A stretch of DNA of 64,000 nucleotides from Lachnospiraceae bacterium (lineage in GTDB: Bacteria > Bacillota > Clostridia > Lachnospirales > Lachnospiraceae). Every line of letters begins with the position of its first letter. Position 1 is the first letter of the stretch. The notes under the pieces are model-generated. The model saw nothing but the letters and a program-made list of their open reading frames with translations. It did not search any database and was not told where the DNA came from. Below are positions 47,255-57,526 of this stretch, one piece after another. The stretch is from positions 1,111 to 65,110 of the forward strand of contig JAFUGL010000023.1 in assembly GCA_017469405.1 (NCBI GenBank), read 5' to 3'. The position numbers and the translations under genes are program-made.

Positions 47255-48874
47255 CTAATTCAAACTCTTCATCGTCGGGAAGAGCAAAACATCTCTTATA
47301 GCTGGCGAATCCGTCATCAACATACACAACCTGTCAATTCCATAACCGATACCACCCGTAGGAGGCATACCGATTTCAAGCGCATTTAAGAAGTCCTCGT
47401 CGGTGTGGTTGGCTTCCTCGTCGCCTGCGTCAGCGAGCTTATCCTGCTCGGCAAAACGCTCTCTCTGGTCGATTGGATCATTAAGCTCTGAGTATGCGTT
47501 ACACATCTCCCATCCGTTCATGAACATTTCAAAACGCTCCACGTATTCCGGATTCTCAGGCTTCTTCTTGGTAAGAGGTGAGATTTCGATTGGGTGATCC
47601 ATTACAAATGTAGGCTGGATAAGGTGCTCCTCAACATACTCCTCGAAGAAGAGGTTAAGTATATCGCCCTTCTTGTGTCTGTCCTCATACTCGACATGCT
47701 TTTCGTCTGCAATCTTTCTTGCATCCTCAAGTGTCTTTATCTCATTCCAGTCAACGCCTGCGTACTTCTTAACAGCGTCAATCATGGTTATTCTCTCAAA
47801 CGGCTTGCCCAGATCCATCTCAACGCCCTGATAGGTGATAGTGGTTGTACCAAGCACTTCTTGAGCGATATATCGATACATTTCCTCGGTCAGATCCATC
47901 ATGCCGTTGTAGTCGGTATATGCCTGATAAAGTTCCATAAGTGTGAACTCAGGATTGTGTCTTGTATCAAGTCCCTCATTTCTGAATACTCGACCTATCT
48001 CGTACACTCTTTCAAGTCCGCCGACGATAAGTCTCTTTAAGTATAACTCAAGTGAGATACGAAGCTTAAGGTCCTCGCCAAGTGCGTTGAAATGTGTCTC
48101 AAACGGTCTTGCTGCGGCACCACCCGCATTTGACACGAGCATCGGAGTTTCAACCTCCATGAAGTCCTTGCCTGCAAGGAACTTTCTTATCGCTGCGATT
48201 ATCTTGGAACGCTTGATAAATGTATCCTTAACATCCGCATTCATGATAAGGTCGGTATATCTTTGTCTGTATCTCATATCTGTGTTGGTGAGTCCGTGAT
48301 ATTTCTCAGGAAGTATCTGAAGTGACTTGGTAAGAAGTGTAACCTCATTTACATGAATTGAAATCTCACCTGTCATAGTTCTAAATACATAGCCCTTTAT
48401 ACCAACGATATCACCCACATCGTATTTCTTATAATCTGCGTAGTTTTCCTCGCCGATATTGTCTCTTGCAACATATATCTGGATGTTGCCGGATTTATCC
48501 TGTACATTTGAAAATGAAGCCTTTCCCATGATACGCTTGCTCATAAGACGACCTGCTATGCTTACCTCGATAGGTGAAGCATCCATGATGGCGCGGCGCT
48601 CCTCATAATCCTTCTTTCTAAGCGGTCTTGCCTCCTCCTCAGGAAGTCCTGTTACATCCACAGGAGTTCTGCCGGAAAGCAGCTCGCTCTCTAACTTTTC
48701 ATATAAAGCTACACAGTCGGCAGTATGATGAGTCACATCATACTTGGTTATTACAAATGGATCCTTTCCATTTGCCTGGAGCTCTGCAAGCTTTTCTCTT
48801 CTTACCTTAAGAAGCTGGTTTATGTCCTGCTCCTTAGGCTGTTCATTATTGTTCTTGTTTTGGTTTTCTGCCAT
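47255..48874 (-). CDS. lysS: Lysine--tRNA ligase (class II)
   Basis: [37 protein letters not shown]. Confidence 0.98.
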   Translation of the reverse strand: MAENQNKNNNEQPKEQDINQLLKVRREKLAELQANGKDPFVITKYDVTHHTADCVALYEKLESELLSGRTPVDVTGLPEEEARPLRKKDYEERRAIMDASPIEVSIAGRLMSKRIMGKASFSNVQDKSGNIQIYVARDNIGEENYADYKKYDVGDIVGIKGYVFRTMTGEISIHVNEVTLLTKSLQILPEKYHGLTNTDMRYRQRYTDLIMNADVKDTFIKRSKIIAAIRKFLAGKDFMEVETPMLVSNAGGAAARPFETHFNALGEDLKLRISLELYLKRLIVGGLERVYEIGRVFRNEGLDTRHNPEFTLMELYQAYTDYNGMMDLTEEMYRYIAQEVLGTTTITYQGVEMDLGKPFERITMIDAVKKYAGVDWNEIKTLEDARKIADEKHVEYEDRHKKGDILNLFFEEYVEEHLIQPTFVMDHPIEISPLTKKKPENPEYVERFEMFMNGWEMCNAYSELNDPIDQRERFAEQDKLADAGDEEANHTDEDFLNALEIGMPPTGGIGYGIDRLCMLMTDSPAIRDVLLFPTMKSLN

Positions 48875-49020
48875 ATCTTTTCTTTCCTAACTTTTTCTTT
48901 AATTTATTATCGGTTCCTTCTTAATCAAAAAAGGAACCGATTAGTTATCATACTTCATTTACCTTAAGTATCCACAGCCCGAAAAAGTCCAAGCCATCTG
49001 TACTCATTTTTTATAATCAA

Positions 49021-49500
49021 TTACTTCTTTCTTATATCAAGTATCTTGTACTGGAATTCTCCGTCAGGAGCCTCTACAGTAACAACCTCGCCGACTTTCT
49101 TTCTCATGATTGCTGCGCCAAGAGGTGATTCATTTGAAATCTTTCCCTTAAGGAAATCTGCTTCAGTTGAACCAACAATCTTATACTCAACAACCTCATC
49201 CATATCGATGTCATGAAGCACTACAAGTGAACCAAAGTTTACAGTTCCTGCCTCAGTTTCATCCTCGTCAAATACCTCTGCATTTTTAAGGATTTTCTCT
49301 ATCTCTTCGATTCTTGCCTCGATATCACGCTGTTCATCCTTTGCAGCATCATACTCAGCGTTTTCTGATAAGTCACCCTGCTCTCTTGCTTCCTTAATCT
49401 TTTGAGCAACTTCCTGTCTTTTATTTACTTTTAAATCCTGTAACTCATCCTCTAACTGTTTAAGACCTTCATAACTAAGAATATTCTTCTTCTCTGCCAT
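49021..49500 (-). CDS. greA: Transcription elongation factor GreA
   Basis: GDLSENAEYDAAK, ISNESPLG. Confidence 0.98.
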   Translation of the reverse strand: MAEKKNILSYEGLKQLEDELQDLKVNKRQEVAQKIKEAREQGDLSENAEYDAAKDEQRDIEARIEEIEKILKNAEVFDEDETEAGTVNFGSLVVLHDIDMDEVVEYKIVGSTEADFLKGKISNESPLGAAIMRKKVGEVVTVEAPDGEFQYKILDIRKK

Positions 49501-49661
49501 ATCAAAATCCCTTTCTACATATCGATGAATAAACCTTGATTTGCATCAGCAATCATGTCATCCATCATATTATTTCACAAAAATTCAATGCCACAATTAT
49601 ACTCCATTAAACCTATATTGTCAAAGCATAAATCGGTTTAAAATGCTATACATAATTTGCA

Positions 49662-50735
49662 TTAAAACAGTATATCCCTAAAGCACAGTATCGGTTCATC
49701 ATTTTCAAAGTCCCAACTATGATATGAATCTCCGTGGCATCTGTCCTTTTCGCTGCAGTCTTGACACTTATCGCATCTGTCGCTTAAATCAATTCTAAAT
49801 TCCCCAAACCGGTTTTCCCATACATCTTTAAATCTATCCTTTAAGATATTTCCCTGCACAAGCTCCGGTCTTCTTTCGATATCCAGACACGCTATAATAT
49901 CACCACTTGCAGTTATGCTTGCGACGTAAAGACCTGCCGAACATATGAAATACCAATCTCTTATCTCATGCTCATAATCCATGCCAAGATAATGACTGCA
50001 GCCGTATTCAACAGGCTCACCCGCCATCCTCTTATCTCTGATAAATTTCATGAGATACTGATAATCTTCCCTGGTTAAAATGAGTTCCGGATGAAGTTTT
50101 GCCCTTCCCATAGGCTCTATATTTATCACTCTCCAGGAATCGATATCCATTTTGTCAAATATTTCGTAGAGAGCATCTAACTCGCCTATGTTTTGATGGG
50201 TAACCACGGTAGTAACCTGAATAGTTTTGAATTTGTCTACATCTATAAGATTTTGGATACCCTCCATAGCTTTCTTATAACCACCCGGTGTCTGTCTGAA
50301 AGCGTCGTGTGTAGCCTCAAGTCCGTCGATACTTACGGATATGGTGCTCATCCCTGCCTCATAGAGTTTTTCGGCAATTTCCGGAGTAATCAAAGTACCA
50401 TTGCTCGTCATTCCCCACTTAAATCCAAGCATTTTTGCATAACCCATTATATCAAAGAAGTCTTTTCTAAGTAGCGGTTCCCCTCCGGTTATGCAAAGCA
50501 TAAAGCCCTTTGTTCCGAAGTCTTCCTTTACCTCATCCAGAAATGCTTTGTATTGCTCTAAGGTTAATTCCTCGCTTTTAACATCTCCGCAGGAGCTTCC
50601 GCAGTGCAGACAATGCTCATTGCACCGAAGTGTAAGTTCAAGAAACAAATTCTTGAGTAACGGTTTTTTCTTAAGATTTTCCCTGTACTCAGCGAGCTGC
50701 CTCATGTGTTCATATTTTGTATCAACATTTAACAT
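49662..50735 (-). CDS. Radical SAM / SPASM domain protein
   Basis: CNEHCLHC, TGGEPLLR, C-terminal CSAG...GDIIAC...CDKCQDC...CHGD..C. Confidence 0.92.
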   Translation of the reverse strand: MLNVDTKYEHMRQLAEYRENLKKKPLLKNLFLELTLRCNEHCLHCGSSCGDVKSEELTLEQYKAFLDEVKEDFGTKGFMLCITGGEPLLRKDFFDIMGYAKMLGFKWGMTSNGTLITPEIAEKLYEAGMSTISVSIDGLEATHDAFRQTPGGYKKAMEGIQNLIDVDKFKTIQVTTVVTHQNIGELDALYEIFDKMDIDSWRVINIEPMGRAKLHPELILTREDYQYLMKFIRDKRMAGEPVEYGCSHYLGMDYEHEIRDWYFICSAGLYVASITASGDIIACLDIERRPELVQGNILKDRFKDVWENRFGEFRIDLSDRCDKCQDCSEKDRCHGDSYHSWDFENDEPILCFRDILF

Positions 50736-50826
50736 ACAAATTACCCCATGCAATCCCTATGTATACTTATCATCTGAAAATTTACTTTGTACATATTTTT
50801 CAGTCATATTTTTCCGACAGGCCATA

Positions 50827-51099
50827 TTAATCATAAAATTCAGGCGGTGGTCCGTACACCTCCACCGGCTCATCATCCTCCGGATTATATTTCTCAGTAG
50901 TTGTCTCTTCAGTAGTTGTATCATCAAAGTCTGTCGGCGGACCATATACAGTCTCCGGCTCAGTTATCTCGATATCCTCTGTTGTCAGCTTATCGGTCGT
51001 TTGATCGTTTTTGTTAGACCGGCAGCTTGTAAACCCTGCCAAAAACACTCCACTGGTCAAAGCAGCCGCTATGAGTTTTGTTTTGGTTGTTTTTTTCAT
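50827..51099 (-). CDS. Small acidic putative lipoprotein with two VYGPP motifs (candidate rSAM substrate)
   Basis: Basic N-terminus, hydrophobic stretch, FTSC lipobox-like Cys; EPETVYGPPTDF and EPVEVYGPPPEF. Confidence 0.8.
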   Translation of the reverse strand: MKKTTKTKLIAAALTSGVFLAGFTSCRSNKNDQTTDKLTTEDIEITEPETVYGPPTDFDDTTTEETTTEKYNPEDDEPVEVYGPPPEFYD

Positions 51100-51164
51100 A
51101 CTCTACCTTCTCCCATATACATTTCCTTTATTATTCATGTAAAGTCATTTCGATTCAATTATAC

Positions 51165-52616
51165 TTATATATTAACTATCTGATTTAAATCGTACAGCAA
51201 TAACCTGCTATCATTTTTTGCCTCTTCAATAATCTTTTTATCAAAGCCCGACTTGGAAAATAACACATAGTAAAAATCAGCTGTTTCCTTAAGGCTCATA
51301 AGCTTTGCCAATGTATCAAGATACTCAGAATAATTAAACTTTGTTTTCTTATACTTACATTCTCCAACGAGATATTCCTTTGCTTCTTTTCCTATTCCAA
51401 GCAAATCTATCTCTGTTTCCGATTCTCTAAAGCCGCTTGACGAACCACTGTCGCGAACAGTTGTTTTTCCCATCCATCTGCCAAGCTGAAGGTACCTGAA
51501 AGGCAATGCATTTTTCTTTTGAAGATTTTTTACAAACTCCTTGCATACATCCTCAAAAACATGTGATGCAAATTCATCAAGTGCAGGAGCAATCATATAA
51601 TCGTATACACCCTCAACATCTCCATCCTCAAGCTGAGAAATATTAACAAATCCAAATGTATACCAGAATCTGAAAAAGTTATCCGTCAAGCTATATGTTC
51701 CTCTGTTTGAATTCGCTTTTTCCTTATCTTTAGAGCCAACCGAAAATTCACGCATTACGATACCAAGTTCTATCAGATTTTTTAAATAGACACTGGTTTT
51801 TGATGTGTCCCCTACAAGAGATTTCTGACTTATATCATTAAGCTTTGTACTCCCAAGAGCGACCGCCTCGATAATAGCATTATAAATCGGCGTCTCCCGA
51901 AGTTCCTGATGAAGTAAGAAATCAACCTCACTGTACAATACCGAACCTTTAGACAAAATGTTTCTCTTTATATTATCAGCTACAGATATTTCAGGATTAA
52001 ACTGGCAAAGATAATGTGGTATACCACCAAGTATTGCATATGCCAATATCTTATCCTCATCAGAATAATTCGGAAAAAACCTGATAGCATCATAAAAGCC
52101 CATTTCAGTCATTTTATATATGCCGGTAGCTCTTCCATATAGTGGATTTTTCTCTGCAAGCAAGTCCTTTTCAATAAAACTCATCGCACTTCCACACAGC
52201 ACAATCATAACATTCTCATCTTTAAGCTCCGTATCCCAGAGATTTTGCAATATAGAAGGTATGCTTCTGTTACCTTTACACAAATAAGGAAACTCATCGA
52301 TTATAACTAATTTCTTTTTTTTGCCAAAAGGTAAATCCTTTAAAGAGCGAAAAGCTGTCTCCCAATCCGGAAAATCTGATATATATTTTTTAGCCGGAAT
52401 ATCTTCCTTAAATATCTGATTTGAAAACTTAGCAAGCTGTATTTTATCCGTACTTTGAGTACATGAATAAAAAATGTGTGGCTTTCCTTTACAAAATTCT
52501 CTTAAAGTTTCTGTTTTCCCAACACGACGCCTGCCATACAAAACAACAAGTTGTCCTTTTTTTTCACTATATTTATCATTAAGAAAAGATAGCTCTGATT
52601 CTCTTCCTATAAACAT
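51165..52616 (-). CDS. Archaeal-type ATPase with C-terminal DUF234 / PD-(D/E)xK domain
   Basis: MFIGRESEL, YGRRRVGKT, IIDEFPY, DNFFRFW, EIDL...VGECKY. Confidence 0.88.
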   Translation of the reverse strand: MFIGRESELSFLNDKYSEKKGQLVVLYGRRRVGKTETLREFCKGKPHIFYSCTQSTDKIQLAKFSNQIFKEDIPAKKYISDFPDWETAFRSLKDLPFGKKKKLVIIDEFPYLCKGNRSIPSILQNLWDTELKDENVMIVLCGSAMSFIEKDLLAEKNPLYGRATGIYKMTEMGFYDAIRFFPNYSDEDKILAYAILGGIPHYLCQFNPEISVADNIKRNILSKGSVLYSEVDFLLHQELRETPIYNAIIEAVALGSTKLNDISQKSLVGDTSKTSVYLKNLIELGIVMREFSVGSKDKEKANSNRGTYSLTDNFFRFWYTFGFVNISQLEDGDVEGVYDYMIAPALDEFASHVFEDVCKEFVKNLQKKNALPFRYLQLGRWMGKTTVRDSGSSSGFRESETEIDLLGIGKEAKEYLVGECKYKKTKFNYSEYLDTLAKLMSLKETADFYYVLFSKSGFDKKIIEEAKNDSRLLLYDLNQIVNI

Positions 52617-52637
52617 ATAAGTGCCTCCTATTTATTC

Positions 52638-52714
52638 AAATCGTAATTTACTAAATCGTGATTTGCTAAATCCTGATTTGAATAAATTATACATAATATT
52701 TACAGCTTTTTCAA
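52638..52714 (-). promoter_or_regulatory. Promoter plus three AAATC-NN-GATTT-type boxes at 15-bp period
   Basis: TTGAAA-17-TATAAT (52709-52714 / 52686-52691); boxes at 52638, 52653 and 52668 between the promoter and RBS. Confidence 0.55.
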
Positions 52715-52756
52715 GAGCTATTTGAAAAACGCCAATGTTTTTCATAATACTTTAAT

Positions 52757-53410
52757 TTACCTTCCCACAAGTGCCTTCGATACTTCAATAACGCCCTTAT
52801 GCTTTAGCTCTCTCGGTTCAAACTTTATAAGATAATACACAAGCTGCATCACAAGTCCCGCTCCAAATGTACTTATCAGAGTTCCTATACCTACCGAGCC
52901 TCCAAGCAGATACCCTGCCAGCAAAACCACAGCCCAAAGCATTACCTCAACTATGCCTATCGGGACCCTTGACATTCTCTTTCCGAGTCCTACCAAAAGC
53001 GCATCTCTCGGACCACAGCACTGCTCCGCACTCATGTATATCCACATTCCGATTGCCATAAACACAAATCCGACAAGCATTATAACAATTCCCAACCAGA
53101 GATTATTATTTTCAGGAAACGGATTGAGACTGTTATACATCTGCACAAAATTACCTGTAAGGAGTGCATCTATGATTGTTCCGTAGCCTATCTTTTCCTT
53201 GAGCAAAACATCTATCAAAAGAATAATCACTGCCATAATCGTCATGGAAATTCCATAATTAAACGGTGTATGCTTCGCCATACCCATCCCCAGGCAGTCC
53301 CATGGTGCAAGTCCGATATTGGCATATATCGTCATATGGACTCCCAATGCGAAAACCAGCAATCCTAACACAATTCTTATCCATTCCAAAAAAAGTCTTT
53401 TACGGGTCAT
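52757..53410 (-). CDS. YczE/YyaS/YitT family membrane protein
   Basis: ANIGLAPWD, EKIGYGTII, GPRDALLVG, VGIGTLI. Confidence 0.88.
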   Translation of the reverse strand: MTRKRLFLEWIRIVLGLLVFALGVHMTIYANIGLAPWDCLGMGMAKHTPFNYGISMTIMAVIILLIDVLLKEKIGYGTIIDALLTGNFVQMYNSLNPFPENNNLWLGIVIMLVGFVFMAIGMWIYMSAEQCCGPRDALLVGLGKRMSRVPIGIVEVMLWAVVLLAGYLLGGSVGIGTLISTFGAGLVMQLVYYLIKFEPRELKHKGVIEVSKALVGR

Positions 53411-54485
53411 TTTTCTGTTTTCTCCCTAACCGCAATCTTTTTGATTAATTTCAGAACATATTTTGTCAATAGCTTAACCAAGAATGCAACAATTATTATA
53501 ACTATAAACTGGTATAAAAACATTAGCAAAATCATATATTTGTTTACATACCATTTTGAAAGCCATGAACCCATATCAAGAATTATGAAATGATGTACCA
53601 GCAATACTTCATAAGAAACACTACTCAAAAAATCAAGTATTCTTAATTTGTATTTTTTCAACAATTCTTCAAAAAACGAACATGATACAAAAAAGGCAAC
53701 TGAAGCCATCGTAATTTTCAACGCCACATTGATATTAAGCGCACTTTTACTGACAATAAAATATACCAGAACAGGAAATGAAACATACATACATTTAGAA
53801 GGAAATCTCTTAAAATATCTTCCAAAATACATTCCCAATATAAATTCGCAGCCCTTGATTATCAAATTCTCCCAAAGCGGCACCTTAAAACTTATGCCAC
53901 TATATGCGGTAATTACATAAACGCACGCTGAAACGACAAAAAATATCTTAGGATATTTATCCATAAAAAATTTAAATACCGGAAACAGTACATACAAGAT
54001 AATTATCGCGCCTAGAAACCATTCGCCTATTGCCTTATAAAATGTAGGAACTTTGTGTATCGCGAGCCAACCGTCAATACCAAGAAATGAATAAATAAAT
54101 CTCCATCTTGGAATGTCAGGAAGTCTATGCCTTTTAATTTGATCCAAAGATACACATATAAAAGAATATTAACTATATAAAACGAAGGCATCAGTCTTAT
54201 AAATCTTTTCTTGTAAAAACTTTTCACACTGTATGATTTATCAGCACTTGTAATAAGTCCCGCACCTGAAAGAATAAAAAATACAGAAACAGAAAGGGTT
54301 GCTATATGCATATTTGGATTTTGAAAATAAACAGCAACCTCTCCAAAAGTATAAACGCCACTTGAATATAGGTACACAAGCATATGATAAAGCACAATCA
54401 ACCCAAAGGATATCACCCTTATCAAGTCATAGTATCTATATCTTTCCGTATCTTTAACATTATCTTTCTTTAATAACGAACTCAT
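53407..54485 (-). pseudogene. Acyltransferase family 3 (OafA-like), frameshifted near 54120
   Basis: N-half has DLIRVIS, FFILSG, KRFIRL; C-half has EWFLGAII..YVLFP, SYEVLLVH. The frames join at ...GIDF / PDIPRW with one base missing. Confidence 0.8.
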
Positions 54486-54522
54486 AAAAACCTCTTTATC
54501 ACTGTTAATCATATATGCACGT

Positions 54523-54559
54523 AAAAAGTGTGTCAAAATAAAATTATGACACACTTTTT
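54523..54559. repeat. REP-like hairpin / terminator after purH
   Basis: AAAAAGTGTGTCA...TGACACACTTTTT. Confidence 0.65.
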
Positions 54560-54563
54560 TTGA

Positions 54564-55742
54564 TTAGTGATGGAACAATCTTATACCTGTAAACGCCATT
54601 ACCATATCGTAGCTGTCGGCACACTCGATTACAAGGTCATCTCTTACCGAACCACCCGGCTGAGCGATATATTTTACGCCGCTCTTCTTAGCTCTTTCGA
54701 TATTATCCGAAAATGGGAAGAACGCATCCGATCCAAGGATAACATCCTGATTTTTCTCTAACCATGCCTTCTTTTCTTCGCGTGTAAATACCTCAGGCTT
54801 AACCTTAAATCTCTTCTGCCATTCGCCCTCGCGAAGAACATCCTCGTACTCATCACCCATATATACATCGATTGCATTGTCTCTGTCTGCACGTCCGAGT
54901 GAATCGATAAACTGTAAACCAAGCACCTGTGGTGACTGACGCAAGAACCAGTTGTCAGCCTTCTGTCCTGCAAGTCTTGTACAATGAATTCTTGACTGCT
55001 GTCCCGCACCGATACCGATAGCCTGACCATTCTTTACATAGCAGACTGAGTTTGACTGAGTATACTTTAAAATGATAAGTGAAATCTTCATATCCATAAG
55101 TGCCCAGTCAGGTATATCCTTATTTTTTGTAACTATATTGGAAAGCAAATCGCCATTTACATCCAGCTCATTTCTTCCCTGCTCAAAGGTAATTCCGTAA
55201 ACCTGCTTTTTCTCAAGTTCAGCAGGTACATATGACTCATCTATCTGAATTACATTGTAGTTGCCCTTCTTCTTTGCCTTTAAAATTTCAAGTGCTTCAT
55301 CGGTATAGCCCGGAGCGATTACACCGTCTGAAACCTCTCTTTTGATAAGCTTTGCGGTATCTACATCACACACATCCGAAAGTGCGATAAAGTCACCGAA
55401 GGAAGACATTCTGTCTGCGCCTCTTGCTCTTGCGTATGCGCATGCAAGCGGTGAAAGTTCACCCAAATCATCTACCCAGTAAATCTTGGCAAGTGTATCC
55501 GAAAGCGGAAGTCCAACTGCAGCACCTGCAGGTGATACGTGCTTAAATGAAGTAGCTGCAGGAAGGTTAGTAGCTGCCTTTAACTCCTTAACCAGCTGCC
55601 AGCCGTTAAATGCATCAAGAAAATTGATATATCCCGGCTTGCCGTTTAATACTGTAACAGGAAGCTCACTTCCATCCTCCATATATATTCTTGATGGTTT
55701 CTGATTCGGATTGCATCCGTACTTTAATTCGATTTCTCTCAT
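54564..55742 (-). CDS. purH: AICAR formyltransferase (stand-alone PurH transformylase domain)
   Basis: [50 protein letters not shown]. Confidence 0.93.
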   Translation of the reverse strand: MREIELKYGCNPNQKPSRIYMEDGSELPVTVLNGKPGYINFLDAFNGWQLVKELKAATNLPAATSFKHVSPAGAAVGLPLSDTLAKIYWVDDLGELSPLACAYARARGADRMSSFGDFIALSDVCDVDTAKLIKREVSDGVIAPGYTDEALEILKAKKKGNYNVIQIDESYVPAELEKKQVYGITFEQGRNELDVNGDLLSNIVTKNKDIPDWALMDMKISLIILKYTQSNSVCYVKNGQAIGIGAGQQSRIHCTRLAGQKADNWFLRQSPQVLGLQFIDSLGRADRDNAIDVYMGDEYEDVLREGEWQKRFKVKPEVFTREEKKAWLEKNQDVILGSDAFFPFSDNIERAKKSGVKYIAQPGGSVRDDLVIECADSYDMVMAFTGIRLFHH

Positions 55743-55799
55743 AGTTTCCTCCTATAATTTACGAGAATAAGTAATTGTGAAACATCTACTGTTTCGAAG

Positions 55800-55935
55800 A
55801 TTGTATCAAATAACCAGTTCCAACGCAAACACGTTCTCACTCGGCTTTCGACGTAGCGGTACTAAGTTCGATAATACCTCACTAAGTACTGACGTCTCAA
55901 GACGGTTTGCTTATGGAACTGTTATTTAATACAAT
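55800..55935. repeat. Long imperfect palindrome sharing the TAA-GC / GC-GT internal loop with the REPIN-like family
   Basis: Minus strand ...CAGTTCCA-TAA-GCAAAC...GTTTGC-GT-TGGAACTG... Confidence 0.6.
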
Positions 55936-55963
55936 CAGCCATATTTTTTGCTATGTTTCACAA

Positions 55964-56677
55964 TTACTTATTCTTATTTACTATCCTTGTCTCATATTTA
56001 CCTGTTGCGATATCTATGAATCGCACAAATAAAGATACTTTATTGTCTTCGTTTAAGCTTGTCCATACCTCGTCTGTGAAGGTGTCGATATCGCCTGATA
56101 TTTTTACCCACTTTGGCTCGCCTTCAAAGCTTGGGAGTGGATTGCCGTCGTGCATATATGTATGGATGAAATGTCCCTCACCTGCTACAGGGTTTTGATA
56201 TGCAAAAGTGTATCTGTTGCATGCATCAGGATTTCCGTTATTGCTCTTTAATATTGACATGGCATAGTTAAAGTTACCGCCTTCAACATGCATTATTCCT
56301 GAAATTCTAGGTGTATAATTAGGACCGTCCGGCTCGAACTCACGTGAACGAAGTGACTGTTCAAAAGTGCTCTGCTTGTCCATGCCTTCATAGATTGTAT
56401 CTGTCTGATCTCCGTTTGTAACTATGGTCTTATTGCCAAGTACTCTAACAGGTGCGTAAATTATAAGACTTGGATCCTCAAGCTTGGAAGGATCAAAGGC
56501 TTCGGTACGGATACCTTCTCCTTCTTCCACAAATACTCTGTTTCTGCTGTTTGAACTTCTACCCATTATGAAGTATGCGGTTACAGCCTTTGTACCGTCC
56601 TCGGAAACTCCGATTACAATACCTCTTCCCGGATAAGCGTTCTCCTTTAATTCATTTGCAAGTGATAACATTTCCAT
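55964..56677 (-). CDS. IMP cyclohydrolase (PurO-like)
   Basis: YPGRGI, YFIMGRSSNSRNR, NGDQTD, FEPDGPNYTPRI; upstream of purH. Confidence 0.88.
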   Translation of the reverse strand: MEMLSLANELKENAYPGRGIVIGVSEDGTKAVTAYFIMGRSSNSRNRVFVEEGEGIRTEAFDPSKLEDPSLIIYAPVRVLGNKTIVTNGDQTDTIYEGMDKQSTFEQSLRSREFEPDGPNYTPRISGIMHVEGGNFNYAMSILKSNNGNPDACNRYTFAYQNPVAGEGHFIHTYMHDGNPLPSFEGEPKWVKISGDIDTFTDEVWTSLNEDNKVSLFVRFIDIATGKYETRIVNKNK

Positions 56678-56785
56678 CAAAAAAACCTCCATATTCTATC
56701 TTGTATATAAATCAGCAGCCTGTGCTGTTTTTATCTTTTGCTTTATTCATAAACCGACCGGTAATAATCATCATATATAATTAAT

Positions 56786-57499
56786 TTATTGGTCACTATC
56801 CTTAATGATATCTCCACCCTGGTCATTGGTTACATCACCGCTTTGGTCAAGCGGAATCTTATCACCAAGAAATGTGGGTTTGAATTTAAAGATTGACCAG
56901 ATAAAATCCTTGTCAACCGCAACTATCTCTCTTAAATCCCTTTTGGTCTGTCCGTGATATCTCTCATCTTTAGCTGCCACGCCGTACGAATCCATTCCAA
57001 GACTTTTTGCAACATATACCGAACGGTACAGATGATATCTCTGTGTCACGATAACAACCTTTTTTGCACCAAATATCTCCTTAGCCCTATACATAGTATC
57101 ATAGGTGGAAAATCCGGCATGATCCATAAATATATCTTCTGAAGGAACCCCTGCCTTAATCGCATAATCCTTCATGACCTGAACCTCATTATAATATTTG
57201 CTGCCATGGTCGCCGCTCATAATAATCTTAGGCGCCACACCTGCCTTATATAACTCAATCGCCCTGTCCAGTCTGTCAGAAAGCATAAGGCTTGGAGTAT
57301 TGCCGTGCTTAACAGAAGCACCCAGCACGATAATACAGTCCACATCAGTAAGGTCTGCCGCCTCATCAGCATCAATTATTCTGTTTTTTGTACTAAGTCT
57401 CACATACGCATTTATACCTACAGTAAAAAGAACTACCGCAAGCACAATAACACCAATCAAAATAGCAAATATCTTAATAATCTTTTTAAAAGTCTTCAT
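56786..57499 (-). CDS. SanA/YdcF (DUF218) family protein
   Basis: IIVLGA, DRLDRA, IIMSGD, DHAGFSTYDT, VTQRYHLYR. Confidence 0.88.
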   Translation of the reverse strand: MKTFKKIIKIFAILIGVIVLAVVLFTVGINAYVRLSTKNRIIDADEAADLTDVDCIIVLGASVKHGNTPSLMLSDRLDRAIELYKAGVAPKIIMSGDHGSKYYNEVQVMKDYAIKAGVPSEDIFMDHAGFSTYDTMYRAKEIFGAKKVVIVTQRYHLYRSVYVAKSLGMDSYGVAAKDERYHGQTKRDLREIVAVDKDFIWSIFKFKPTFLGDKIPLDQSGDVTNDQGGDIIKDSDQ

Positions 57500-57526
57500 A
57501 CAAAATCCTACACCAATATACTTGGC

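Noticed and set aside
41340-47255. Intact ICE or prophage at lysS
   Set aside because: No integrase, relaxase, T4SS or phage structural genes in the window; only scars remain.
48570-48720. ~45-aa insertion in the LysRS anticodon-binding domain
   Set aside because: In frame with no intein or intron hallmarks; probably a lineage feature.
54564-56677. PurH split into stand-alone transformylase and PurO-like cyclohydrolase
   Set aside because: A known arrangement in anaerobic Firmicutes.
55742-56786. ZMP/ZTP riboswitch expected near purH/purO
   Set aside because: The conserved GACTG...CGCCTGGGCA-type blocks were not found upstream of either gene.
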